Assembly (NCBI RefSeq): GCF_009914755.1 | Contig: NC_060926.1 | Direction: 5' to 3' (one strand) | Length of the DNA stretch: 64,000 bases | Source of the DNA: the human T2T-CHM13v2.0 reference genome, Homo sapiens | Shown here: in pieces, positions 27,780 through 45,296 of the stretch | How the letters are laid out: the number at the start of each line of letters is the position of its first letter | How positions within the stretch are numbered: position 1 is the first letter of the stretch | Notes under the pieces: generated by a model | Told to the model about the DNA's origin: nothing | Databases searched by the model: none | Seen by the model: the letters and a program-made list of their open reading frames with translations, nothing else | Made by a program: the position numbers and the translations under genes

Positions 27780-28747
27780 CTGAGTAACAGACTTTATTGT
27801 AATAATAATTTCAAAAGCAGTTAACATGCACTTGCTGAACATGAGGATATATAGGCTGATGTGTCTTGACTATACTAGCACAGAGAAAATATGTTTTCCA
27901 AAGCAGGCATGGGTTGGAGCCGCAATGTATACTGGGACTCTAATCTACAAATCTTTCTAAAAAGTACTATATTGCTGGCCGGGTGTGGTGGCTCACACTC
28001 TGTAATCCCAGCACTTTGGGAGGCCGAGGTGGGCGGATCACCCGAGGCCAGGGGTTCCAGACCAGCCTGGCCAACATGGTGAGGATGATTTAAAAAGATA
28101 ATTGGAGAGTAATGAAATAATTTAACTTTCTACTTGCAGGATTCCTAGAACTCATTTGAAAAAAAAAACAGACTTGATGATTGATGAAAGACAGTATTTC
28201 GGGAGGGATAGCTTAAGACATGTTTTTAAACAACTCTACTGAAAAAAACACATTTTTTCCCTGGGGCTGCAGTTTTATGTGATTAAACAAATATGTTTAC
28301 ACCTATTTAAAAGGTTAAATTCAAAAAATTCAACACATCAAAAAATATGCAGTAGAAAATATTTATATATAATTACTCATCCAAATTCAGGATATATGTG
28401 CTCTCCCTTTTCCTATGTAATAATTACAAAGTGGTTAATTACTAATATGGTACAAGTAGGGAAATAGCCATGGTAGTTTCCATGACTACCCTCAGGACTT
28501 GTCCTGATTCAAGGCAAAGAAAGATCCAGGCACAAGACAGAACATTCACAAAATCTCCTGCTCCTAATGCTCATCTTAACAATTAATAAGACGCGTACAA
28601 TTACAAACCCCGTCTGGCATATAATATAAAAGACAAGCTAATATATATACTTAGAAAAAGCCTTAAAGGAAAATGAAGAACATTTCTACTTTATGATTTT
28701 ATTTAAGGCTAAAATTGGAACTCTGAACTTTCTATGTTGATACTCAC

Positions 28748-28926
28748 AGACTTCCCTTTGGGTAAGTTTCCTTCGCAGGCCTGCTTGGAAAGATCCTGAC
28801 GTCCAATCAAGAGACAGACAGCTTCTGGCCAGTCTGAGGCAGGCTGCTCACGACAGTGATAAATTGCATCTCTGATGGGAAGAGCAATTCCAAAGGGAAG
28901 AGTTTCCAAATCTCTTAAAGTGAATC
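28748..28926 (-). CDS. ANAPC1: ANAPC1 exon 25 (GFTLRDLETL...NLPKGKS)
   Basis: Overlaps ORF 28709..28909; AG acceptor, |gtgagt donor; 179 nt. Confidence 0.95.
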
Positions 28927-29099
28927 CTAATGGTTAAAGGAAGAGAGAAAAATTTTAATTTAGACTCGCCACTGTCCCAATTATCCTGACTGAAGTTGGC
29001 AACAATATCTATCCTGACAAATAAGTTCATTTTATTCATCTTACTACCAGACTAATGTCTTGACATCAAGGACTAGTATAGGAAGTCTCTTTGAAAGAA

Positions 29100-30330
<1,231 letters not shown>

Positions 30331-31287
30331 GTTAATTAAATCATGTTTTTCTTATGATTTTCTAAATTTCATAATACTATGCATTATTTATAATATAAAA
30401 AGTCGATTAACTATTGAGGCAAAAAATGTTTCCTTATATGAGAATAACACTTATTAAATATTATGCAATATACAAATGGATAGAACTAATCCAATATTTT
30501 TCAGCATAGGTATCCTGTATGTATACTATGCAACAGTTATTGTCATTTTTAAGGTAAAATGCAAAAAAAAAAAAAAAAAACCTGTCAGAAACTTCATTTA
30601 GAACATACTTTAGATAAGACTTCAAAAACATCTTTTAATATTCATTAAAACTTTGCTTTTTAACATACATCCCATATAACATCCTCATTTTTAAAATCAT
30701 GTCTTCGTGGCAGTAATTTTTGTTTTTCAGTTCTTTGTGAAAAAAAATTTCTTTGGTATTTTACTTAATTTAAAACCTAGGAGCATAGGTTTGGGGAATA
30801 GGGAATATAGAACTCTTTTCCTTCCTCTTCCTCTTCCCAGTTCAATGTTCATCTTGGTGCCTGAAATCCCTTCAAAAGTGCATTTATCCTTCAAAAGTAT
30901 ACCCTGAAATGTTTATATTATTGCTTTTAGACTTTGCCAAAACCACCCATTTCTGATATCTGAGTATCACAATGATTTCAGGTGTGTATGTAGGTGATTA
31001 GAGTTCTCCATTCTCAGAGACCAGCTTACATAGCCACAGCCTCAAATGTTCCAATTAAATGGCAAATAAAGATTCCTTATGCATCAAGATAAAAAGCTGG
31101 TATCCCAAATATTATTATATGAAAGTTGTGAGATTGTCGAGAAAAAAAGAATATGGCTTGATGAACCATAATCTCAATCTTGTGAGGCCTTTTCACAAAG
31201 CCAGAGCCCCTCTCTCCTCATGCCTTCCACTTCTAGCTAGTCTGGAGGAAGCACGGCCTAGTTAGGAGGTAACAAAGAAGCTCTCAC

Positions 31288-31358
31288 CTACATTAGTCAT
31301 CCAGACAACCAATCTTTCAGCTAGACTAGAAACAGATGTAGAATGCCTGAAACTAAAC
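31288..31358 (-). CDS. ANAPC1: ANAPC1 exon 24 (FSFRHSTSVSSLAERLVVWMTNV)
   Basis: ctcttatag| acceptor, |gtgaga donor; 71 nt. Confidence 0.95.
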
Positions 31359-31452
31359 CTATAAGAGAATAAAACATAAAGTTATTAAGCAGAACAGTAA
31401 ATAATATTGTTTTAAGTGTTTGACATAAAAGCACAGTCTAAATAAAAGTCAC

Positions 31453-31489
31453 CTGTTTTCCTCTTGTTCTACTTGCAACTTCTGGGGGG
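31453..31489 (-). CDS. ANAPC1: ANAPC1 exon 23 (APQKLQVEQEENR)
   Basis: ccttttag| acceptor, |gtgact donor; 37 nt; starts at c.2705. Confidence 0.94.
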
Positions 31490-31637
31490 CTAAAAGGCAA
31501 CAAAATGAAACAATTTTGATAGTCATCCTGGTAAAGAAAACATGTAACATGTAGAAAACATTTGAAAATAAGAATCAATTAGCAAACAACATCTAAAAAA
31601 AAATAAAATAAGCAATACTGTGGCAGGCTGAAAAGTA

Positions 31638-31850
31638 CAGTCAAGGCCCTCAGAATACTCAGGGGATTGGTTAGGACACCCCATGCGTACCCAAATCCGT
31701 GCATGCTCAAGTCCTGCAACTGGCCCTGCAGAACCTGCATATGGGTTTCACATCAGAGAATACTGCATTTTCTATCTGCATTTGGCTGAAAAGAATTTCA
31801 TTGTAAGTGGACCCACACAACTCAAACTCATGTTGTTCAAGAGTCAATGG
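31638..31850 (+). mobile_element. MER8 (TcMar-Tigger non-autonomous DNA transposon)
   Basis: TA-flanked; follows recalled MER8 consensus (ggggattggtt...caaatccgtgcatgctcaagtcc...aagtggacccacacaactcaaactcatgttgttcaagagtcaa). Confidence 0.8.
31691..31785 (-). other. ANAPC1: 95-nt cryptic (poison) exon in intron 22
   Basis: ttcttttcag| acceptor (AG at 31787-31786) and TGG|gtacgc donor (GT at 31690-31689); c.2705-198 maps to 31687, a C on the gene strand at donor +4; in-frame TAG after A-K-C-R. Confidence 0.88.
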
Positions 31851-32096
31851 TACAATAATTTCCTTCAGGCTAAAATAGTCCTTTTTACCCGCACTGAAAA
31901 TACAAGATGTATTAGATTTTAAGTAATCCTGATACCTGAAAATTAGTTGTGGACAAAAGACCGCAACAGACCAGAACAGTACTAAAAAGGTAAGACATGG
32001 CCGCCAAAGCAAACAAGAAAAATTCAATTCTTTTTTCAATTCTGATACTGACATTTACAAAAATTTGTTTCCAGAGGCAACATTGCACCAACTTAC

Positions 32097-32175
32097 CTAT
32101 AGTTATTCTGGTTAAATACTGTGAGGATTCATCAGAAACCAAGCTCTCATCACCAAGTATGTACAGTGCAATACT
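32097..32175 (-). CDS. ANAPC1: ANAPC1 exon 22 (SIALYILGDESLVSDESSQYLTRITI)
   Basis: cttcctttgcag| acceptor, |gtaagt donor; 79 nt; ends at c.2704 by cumulative count. Confidence 0.95.
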
Positions 32176-32808
32176 CTGCAAAGGAAGAAAATTAACATTA
32201 TTTTTCTCTTTTCAGAGATAGCATCTCACTTTGTCACCCAGGCTGGAGTGCAGTGACACAATCACAGCTCACTGCAGCCTCAAACTCCTTGGCTCAAGCA
32301 ATCTTCCTGCTTCAGTCTCCAGAGTAGCTAGGACTACAGGCACACACCACCATGCCCAGCTTATTATTTTATATTATTTTTATTTTTTGTAAAGACGGAG
32401 TCTCGCTGTGTTGCCCAGGCTGGGCTCAAACTCATGACCTCGAGCAATCCTTCTGCCTCAGCCTCCCAAACTGCTGGGATTATAGGTATGAGCCACCACA
32501 CCTAGCTACATAATTGAAGTATAACTAGAAAATAATTATAACATAGAATAATTCATCCATTTTAGGTGTACAGCTCTGTGAGTTTCGACAAATGTTGTAT
32601 CACATAACCACTACCACACTCACAATATAGTATACTTTCATCACACCAAAAAGTTCCCTTGTTCCTTTTGTAGTCAATCCTTTCCTCCTACACCCAGCAC
32701 TGGAAACAATTCATCTGTTTTCTTGCTCTACAGTTTTGTCTATCCTACAATATCATGTAAATCAATCATATGATATGTAGTCTTTTTTGTGCTACTTCTT
32801 TAACTTAG

Positions 32809-33216
<408 letters not shown>

Positions 33217-34319
33217 TGATCCGCCCTCCTCGGCCTCCCAAAGTGCTGAGATTATGCCACCGCACCTGGCCCCAAAGACATTCACATACATGCGGGTCTT
33301 TATGTAGGCATATGTTTTCATTTATCTTAAGTAAATACCAAAGTGTATGTTTAACTTCACAAGAAACTGCCAAACAGTTTTGCAAAGTGCCATGCCACTT
33401 TTGCAGTCCCACCAGTAATGTATGAGAGTTTCGGTTGCTCCATATCCTCACCAAAAGTTATTTTCAGTCATTCCAACAGGTATCGAATAGTGCTCTCTCA
33501 CTATCTAAGAAGTATCTAGTAGTACAGAGCTGTAGTGTTATTTGCTTTGAAGAGGAAAAGAAAAAGATAACACAAAGGAAAAAGTCTCTCAAAAGAGTTA
33601 AAATATTCAACATATAACACAAACACAAAAGTACATAAGATCTCTCTATTAAATGAGAAAACATACATAAAGTTCCTTGAAGACAACAGGCTCCCAATAA
33701 ATGTTATCTCACTTCCTTCCTTTCCCTCATTTCAACAAATGGTACACAGACAATGCCATCTCCGCATATACAAGTGACTCAATAGAAAAAGAGCCACCAT
33801 AAGCTAGAAGGTTACTACAAATGTCTCATTAGCTAAACATCACATAAAAAAAATTTATCACTTGCGGTCAGGAGTTCAAGACCAGCCTGGGCAACATGGC
33901 AAAACCCCATCTCTACTAAAAATACAAAAATTAGCCGGGTGTGATGGTGTGCACCTGTGGTCCCAGCTACTCAGGAGGCCGAGGTGGAAGGACTGCTTGA
34001 GCCCCGGGAGGTTGAGGCTGCAGTGAGCCATGATTGCACCACTGCACTCCAGCCTGGGTGACAGAGTAAGACCTTGTCTCAAATAAAAAAAATAAAAAAT
34101 TAAAAAAGTCCAATAAAACTTATAATGAGGAAACCAAAAACGTATCAACAAGGGCTTCTGTTGATATTTTTCAGAATATTTTTATAAATAAAAATTAAAT
34201 TCATATTTTTATAAATAGATCTCTGAGCTAACAAGTTATAAAGGAATACGAAGAGGATAAAACTAAGATGAAAGGCCAGAGAGGTAAACTGAGCACTCAT
34301 GACAGTTTTACTGAAAAGA

Positions 34320-35600
<1,281 letters not shown>

Positions 35601-36175
35601 AAAAAATCCCGTGTTTTTTAAACAGAAACATCATTCTGTATGTCTGTTTTGGAGCCATGGGGGGGACTGTGAAGCACTTCTCACCATGAAGCAGAGCAAA
35701 ATGTAGAGTAAAGAAAAAGAAGGGCAGGGGGCAAAGACATTTACAGTCTGCCAACATTTGAGAGAAGGGACAAAAGCATATGGTTCTCCTGCAAGCCTGG
35801 GAAGACCCCACCTGGAAAGGCCCACAAGGGGCCTATGAGCAGGCTGTTCCAGGATGGGGGGACTGAGGAACAGGTATGCCAAGAAACTTACCTTATTCAC
35901 CGTTACAGCCCTATGGTTCTATATGAAGGTTTGATCTTGGACATGTATTAACCAGTAATAACAAACTAATTTCTAAAAATAAATAAATCATGAGATTTGC
36001 AGCTAGAGGTAAACAAAAAATAATAAAAATAAATAAAGAAGTGTTTCTTGAAAAAAATTTCAACAGGATTTTTCTTTGTAGCTATAGACAAGCTGATTAT
36101 AAAATCAGTATGGGACGGGCACGGTGGCTCACACCTGTAATCCCAGCACTTTGGGAGGCTGAGCCAGGCGGATCA

Positions 36176-37560
<1,385 letters not shown>

Positions 37561-37610
37561 CTAAATTTTAAAAGAAAAAGGAGATAGGTAGTAACACTCC
37601 ACATACATAC

Positions 37611-37759
37611 CAAGACTACAAGTCTGCTTCTTTCACAGATTCCAGGGAGGTAAGGATAAGGTGGCATTCCTTCACCCTTCAGACAAGAACTCACCCACTG
37701 ATAAATACTTGGTGGCTCAGACGTAAAAAATGATGGATGATGCATAAATCCTGTTTGAC
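37611..37759 (-). CDS. ANAPC1: ANAPC1 exon 21 (GQTGFMHHPS...RSRLVVL)
   Basis: Overlaps ORF 37542..37745; AG/GT boundaries; 149 nt. Confidence 0.95.
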
Positions 37760-38260
37760 CTTTAAAATTAGATAAATATTCAAAAAGACACGAAAATACA
37801 TTAAGACAACATTATTTTATTTTAAACAGAAGATGATCAACAGTTACTTGTCATTTTGAAACAACTAGAATAATATTTTTCCAGCTGGGTGCAGTGGCTC
37901 ACGCCTGTAACCCCAGTACTTTGGGAGGCCCAAGCAGGTGGATCACGAGGTCAGGAGTTAAGGACAGCCTGGCCAATATGGTGAAACCCCGTCTCTACTA
38001 AAAATACAAAAAAAAATTAGCTGGGCCTAGTGGTGCGCACCCGTAGTCCCAGCTGCTTGGGAGACTGAGGCAGAAGAATCACTTGAACCCAGGAGGTGGA
38101 GGTTGCAGTGAGCCGAGATCACGCCTAAGAGACAGAGCGAGACTCTGTCTCCAAAAAAAAAAAAAAAAAAAAAAGGAATAACGTTTTTCCATATTCTCCA
38201 AAATGCTTCATGTTTTCTGCCACAGTACATAAGGAACTATGTTATTAAATGTAGAATTTA

Positions 38261-38720
<460 letters not shown>

Positions 38721-38816
38721 TCAGGTCTGTTCCAACAACTGGGCCCCAAATTTCAGTACCTTTAGCTCAGGGTCTAGGATAGTACAGTGGTGATGGAGAT
38801 GTTCTGTGTCTGTATC

Positions 38817-38950
38817 TGCACTGTCCAATATGGTAGCACTAGCCCCATGTGGCTACTGAGTTCTCAAAATGCGGCTAGTGCACTGAGGAAATATGTTTTA
38901 TTTTAATTGAATTTAAGTAGCATATGGTTAGTGGTACTAACTGTACACTA
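38817..38950 (+). mobile_element. MER3/MER33-like hAT fragment
   Basis: gcactgtccaatatggtagcactagccccatgtggctactgag...gctagtgcactgaggaa. Confidence 0.6.
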
Positions 38951-39266
38951 CAAGTCTAAGTTAAAAGCATCCTTGGTGGCCTGGCGCGGTGGCTCACGCC
39001 TGTAATCCCAGCACTTTGGGAGGCCGAGGCGGGTGGATCACGAGGTCAGGAGATCAAGACCATCCTGTGTAACACAGTTAAACCTCGTCTCTAATAACAA
39101 TACAGAAAAATTAGCCAGGTGTGGTGGTGGGCACCTGTAGTCCCAGCTATTCAGGAGGCCAGGAGGCTGAGGCAGGAGAATGGTGTGAACCCAGGAGGCA
39201 GAGCTTGCAGTGAGCCAAGATCGCGCCACTGCACCCCAGCCTGGGTGACAGAGCGAGACTCAGTCT

Positions 39267-39300
<34 letters not shown>

Positions 39301-39562
39301 CATCCTTGACCCTGGAAGCTTTCTCTGACTTTTGCAAGTCAGAACCTTAGGGATGGGTAACATTTTCCCTATACACTGAAGATATTATGGCTTACTACGT
39401 GTCAGAAAACAAGCACTACGAACTAAAATCTGCCTGGTGGAAAGGCACTGCCCCTGACTTAGAAGCTAATGGTAAGAAATACATCCTCTGCTATTCAATG
39501 AGAAAGATACAAGGAAATATCACTACACTGTTTAGAAAATATTTAAAAGCACGACTACTTAC

Positions 39563-39654
39563 CTGGATCAATTGTGCACACTTGTCCAGTAGTTCTGACA
39601 AGCGTTGGGTAGTCTCTATAGTAATGATCTACATAAGGCCCCAATTTTAAGTCC
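39563..39654 (-). CDS. ANAPC1: ANAPC1 exon 20 (DLKLGPYVDHYYRDYPTLVRTTGQVCTIDP)
   Basis: gttttag| acceptor, |gtaagt donor; 92 nt. Confidence 0.95.
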
Positions 39655-40024
39655 CTAAAACAGTAAGGGCATGTAAAAAAGAAGGTATTACAGCACTTTC
39701 TCCCAACAGAATTGGAAGGATTGATTAGTTGAATCTTTTAATTTAAAAACTTACTTATGAGAAAGATAACCAAATCTAGAGTCTCTCTATTGTATTTTTG
39801 GACTTTAAAGTGCCCAGTGTGACAAATGGAACCCAATCTCTTTTTGCTAAATTTTGTGGAAGTAAAACTACAGTAAAAGCACCGTGATCTAGTTCCTCCT
39901 CTGCTATTAGCTGTGTGATCTTCCAAAAGTCATGTCTATAAACCTCAGTATTTTCTTCTAGAAAATGGGGCAATACCAGCTCACTTACTCTGAAGTTTTA
40001 AAGATTAAATAAGATAAAATATGT

Positions 40025-40056
<32 letters not shown>

Positions 40057-40949
40057 AAAATGTAAAACATCATACACATTACTTTTTTCAGAGAGCCATG
40101 ATTATGGTTTGGAAATTACTTAATTACAAAAGAATTTTCATGACAGTAATGACATCCTAAGAGATATTTACCATTGATTAAAACTGCCATGTCTCAGGAT
40201 TGAATTTCAAGATCTCAAAAAAGACAACAGAAATTAGAAAATGTACTATGTCTTAACTCAGAGGTTGACATTTCAATTCAAATTCAACTTCTTTATCACC
40301 AAAGGTCATAAAGGTCAAACAACACACAAGTATGACCCTAGAATTCTGAGCCATACACCAGGTGCTTCAAAGCTCTTGAAAGGTGTTGAAACGTATTATT
40401 AGAACTATCTTATTGTGGATCTACTATGAGTGCCTCAAAGACAGGGACAACCTCAGACTGCAACAAGGACAGCATAGCAAAATGAGTCCACAACTATCAA
40501 ACACTCGCATCCCAGGAAAGACATTTAGGCAAGTTTCCTCATCACTAAAACAGGAAACTTACCTTGTTTGAGACTTTACATGTAAACTATGATTTTGTCA
40601 ACTATAAAGCACTATTTGGATGTGGATATTACAAAACAGCAGATGTTATTCTAGAACTCCCACCGCAGTATAGCCAGTCAGTCATCCTGTCAAAATGAAA
40701 ATCTGAGCAGGTCATCTCCATTTTTTCGTGACCTTCCACTAATCTCAGGACAAAGACTAAAAATCCCTGCATGGCTCACAGGCCCTTAAAAAACCAGTAT
40801 CTTCAAACAACTCTGTGGTTTACAGAGATGCCCTAGTTTTCTGAGAAGGTAGATTTCAGAAACTTATTTACAAGGTCCCTATATGATATCATGGAAAAGA
40901 CAGTCATCTCAGGACTTCCTGGCAGTTTCTAACCTACAAACAAATTTAC

Positions 40950-41218
40950 CTTGCCAACTGAACGAGAAGTTCAACAAGTGAACAAATTCCTTCTCCCATT
41001 AGAGTATTCAACTTAAGCTCCTCATACACAAGGTGAAGAACGAAAAAAATTGCAGGTATGTGAGTAAAGAGAAGTGTAGAAGAATCCAGACTGAGATTCT
41101 GTGAAAAATCCTCATCCTTCATCTGTGAAGCTTCTGAAGGACTCAGACATAAAGATCTGTTCAAAAGATGAGACTCAACATTCTGGTGGTAGTCTGAATT
41201 TAGTAAATATTCCCAGTC
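40950..41218 (-). CDS. ANAPC1: ANAPC1 exon 19 (DWEYLLNSDY...LLVQLAR)
   Basis: Overlaps ORF 40946..41164; ttctcag| acceptor, |gtaaat donor; 269 nt. Confidence 0.95.
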
Positions 41219-42021
41219 CTGAGAAGAATAAAAAGAATATTAATTTTTAAAAATAATACCTCCTTATAATATCATAAGAAAATTAATTCACTTAAAACAA
41301 TTCAAGTTTCATTTTCACATTAAGTTGATCTAAGAGTATGTTAAAAAAAAAAAAGACAATGCTAAGAATGAAGTAACTATAAAATAGCAAGCCAGTTATA
41401 AACGTTAAGGCAAGCCACCTTTAAAAACCATTAAAAAAAATATTTTCATGACCTTTTAGGAAAGACATTGGGAGAAGAATTATACTATTTAGGTAGAGAT
41501 TGAGAGAGAAAATTTAAGATTATCTCAGGCTAGGTTTTATAGGAAAAGTAGATGGCAAGTTAGTGGCCACTACACTGAACTGTGTTTTGGTAAGAAGGAA
41601 GGTCCACCTGCATTCAGCTGGTGTATTCATCTTTCCACATGTATAAGATGCCGGGGCTAGTAATATAATCTAATAATCAACTGATTTTTATATTCAGACT
41701 GATTGGACTACATTTTCCAAATATTCAAGTCTATTTTGGTTCTACTTGTGATTTACTGCATTTGGTTCAGAGAATGTGGTTTATGCTATTTCCAGATCTT
41801 GGAATTTACTGATGTTTTTGTAAGGCTTAATACAGTGTGTTACTCTAAATTAAAAATTCTTGGACTAGATACAGAAAGAACTAACCATAAAAGAAAAAAC
41901 TGGGCCGGGTGCAGTGGCTCATGCCTGTAATCCCAGCACTTTGGGAGGCCGAGGCGGGTGGATCACAAGGTCAGGAGATCACGACCTTCCTGGCTAACAC
42001 GGTGGAACCCCATCACTTCTA

Positions 42022-42277
<256 letters not shown>

Positions 42278-42436
42278 CTAAGGGAAAATATGGTCAAGAA
42301 CTCATGTCTAGAACATGTAAGAACTTCAACAGCTTACATATTTTTTAAAATCTAATTTACAAGTAGATAAAGATTTGAATAGAAACTTCACAAAAAGATA
42401 CATAAGCAGCTAATGAGCACATGAAAGAGTGTTTAA

Positions 42437-42907
42437 CATCCTCCAACCTCAGCCTCCAAGTAGCTAGGACTACAGGTTATGCGCCATCATGCCTGGCTAA
42501 TTTTCAAATTTTTTTGGTAGACAACTGGTCTTACTATAATATGTTGTCCAGGCTGGTCTCAAACTCTTGGGCTGAAGCAGTCCTCCTGCCCCTACCCCTC
42601 AAAGTGCTGTGATTACAGGCGTGAATTTTCATTTAAAAGAAATTAAATTAAAAGAAATTAAAATTACAGATGTGAATTTTAATTTAAAAGAAATTAAATT
42701 AAATTAAAAGAAATTAAAATTCACACCTGTAATCGCAGCACTTTGAGAGATAGGGGCAGGAGGACTGCTTGAGCCCAGGAGTTTGAGACCAGCCTGGGCA
42801 ACATATTATAGTAACACCTTGTCTCTACCAAAAAAATTTAAAAATTAGCCAGGCGTGATGGAGCATACCGGTAGTCCTAGCTACTTGGAGGCTGAGGTAG
42901 GAGGATG
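42437..42907. repeat. Inverted repeat: ~197-nt arms (42437-42634 / 42711-42907) derived from one AluJ, ~76-nt spacer
   Basis: Arms are reverse complements sharing non-consensus sequence (ttactataatatgt / acatattatagtaa). Confidence 0.88.
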
Positions 42908-43203
42908 GCTTGAGCCTAGGAGTTCAAGATTACAGTCAACTACGATAGCATCACTGCAGTCCAGCGTAGGCAACAGAGTGACACCCTGTCTCTTAAAAAA
43001 AAAAAGAAAAGAAATGAAAATGTATGTCCACGGGCCCGGCATGGTGGCTCACACCTGTAATCTCAGCACTTTGGGAGGCCAACATGGGCAGATTATTGAG
43101 GCCAGGAGTTTGAGACCAGACTGACCAACATGGCAAAATCCAGTCTCTACTAAAAATACAAAAATTAGCCAGGCATGGTGGCACACACCTGTAATTCTAG
43201 CTA

Positions 43204-43311
<108 letters not shown>

Positions 43312-44210
43312 TCAAAAAAAAAAAAAAGAAAATATATATGCACAAAGACTTGCCAGTGAATTTTGGCACTAGCTTGCTTTATTCATAAGACTTTAAAAAA
43401 AAAAAATGGAAATAGCCTAGATATCTACCAGCAGAAGAAGGATAGATAAACAAACTATGGTATATTCACACTACTCAGCAATAAAAAAGCACAAACTACT
43501 GGTATCTGTAACAATATGAATTAATCTCAAAAGCATTATGCTGAATAAATCTTATACCAAAGATTACATACTATATTATTTTATTTACATCAAGTTCTAG
43601 AACAGGTATAACTAAGATATGGTGACAGAATTCAGATCAGTGATTGCTAGAAGAAGAGAATAAAGCTGATTAAAAACAGCAAGAGGGGCCGGGCCCAGTG
43701 GCTCATGCCTGTAATCCCAGAACTTTGGGAGGCCGAGGTGGGCAGATCACGAGGTCACGAGTTCAAGACCAGCCTGACCAACATGGTGAAACCCCATCTC
43801 TACTAAAAATACAAAAATTGGCCAGGCGTGGTGGCGCATGCCTATAATCCCAGCTATTCAGGAGGTTGAGGCAGGAGAATAGCTTCAACCCAGGAGGTGG
43901 AGAGCCGACATCGTGCCACTGCACTCCAGCCTGGGCGATAAGGCGAGACTCCGTCTCAAAAAAAAAAACCACACAAGGAAATTTTATGGAGTTATAAAAA
44001 TATTGTGTGTCTTTATAGGAGTGTAGGTTACATGAGTGTGCATATATTAAAACTGATCAAACTAAACCCAAGCTGTATTTCATTTTTGTAAATTACACCA
44101 CAATTTAAAAAAACATATTTGGACCACTGAAGAATAATACCATGGAGGCCAGGTGTGGTGGCTCATGCCTGTAATCCCAGCACTTTGGGACACCAAGGTT
44201 AGGAAGGTCA

Positions 44211-44486
<276 letters not shown>

Positions 44487-44787
44487 TTAAAAAACACTGC
44501 ATAAAAAAGGTAAATGCTGTCATTTCAGGTGATCAGTTGATACTAAAATGTCTACAAACCCAAACTGAAATCATGCAGTAATACATGTATTAATTTTTAG
44601 ATAATCATTAAAGACCACAGAAAATGTAACAGATCCTACTCTTCAAAATAATTGCTATTCAGTATTAAAATAAATAAAGTGAAAGGTGTTGGAAAGATAG
44701 AGGAATTGATAGGAATACCACAGAAGTGGAAGAATAGTATGAATATCCATAAATTAATTTATATTAGCAAGAAATAATAATGCTTAC

Positions 44788-44862
44788 ATCATCAGATCCA
44801 GTCTCGGAAGGCCTTGCTTTTTTGGGCGCAATGACAGGAGAAAGTGATCCTTCAAAGTCAAA
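44788..44862 (-). CDS. ANAPC1: ANAPC1 exon 18 (FDFEGSLSPVIAPKKARPSETGSDD)
   Basis: cttttcag| acceptor, |gtaagc donor; 75 nt. Confidence 0.95.
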
Positions 44863-45296
44863 CTGAAAAGTAACCCCAAAAGAAAAGATAAAAATCGTAA
44901 ATGCATTCCTGTCAACTGATCAACTTCAAGGATTCAGAAATCAGTTCTGCCAATTACGAAAACTGAGAAAAGCCATCAAAACTCATTTTTTGATCTGGAA
45001 AGGCATTATTTAAATATCTTTCTTCCAGGTTACTGTAAAGATGAAATGAAATCATATTAATATATGCAAACATCTAGAACAGTGCCTGGGCTTCTAAGGA
45101 CTGATTTTAATGGTAGTTTCCTTCCCTCTCCTACTCCTGTAACAACATAGATTACATCACATCTTTGGTAGAAAAAGAAACTTTAGGCATATCCACAATA
45201 TACCAAGTCTCAAAGGATCAACCCAATATCAGTCAAATGTTAGAACTAAGCAAACATTTATTTACAGTCCACCTACAGTAAACTATCTAACAATTC

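Noticed and set aside
42612-42720. CRISPR-like or other regularly spaced repeat array
   Set aside because: Only two AT-rich tandem copies without unique spacers, in eukaryotic intronic DNA; explained by the local rearrangement.
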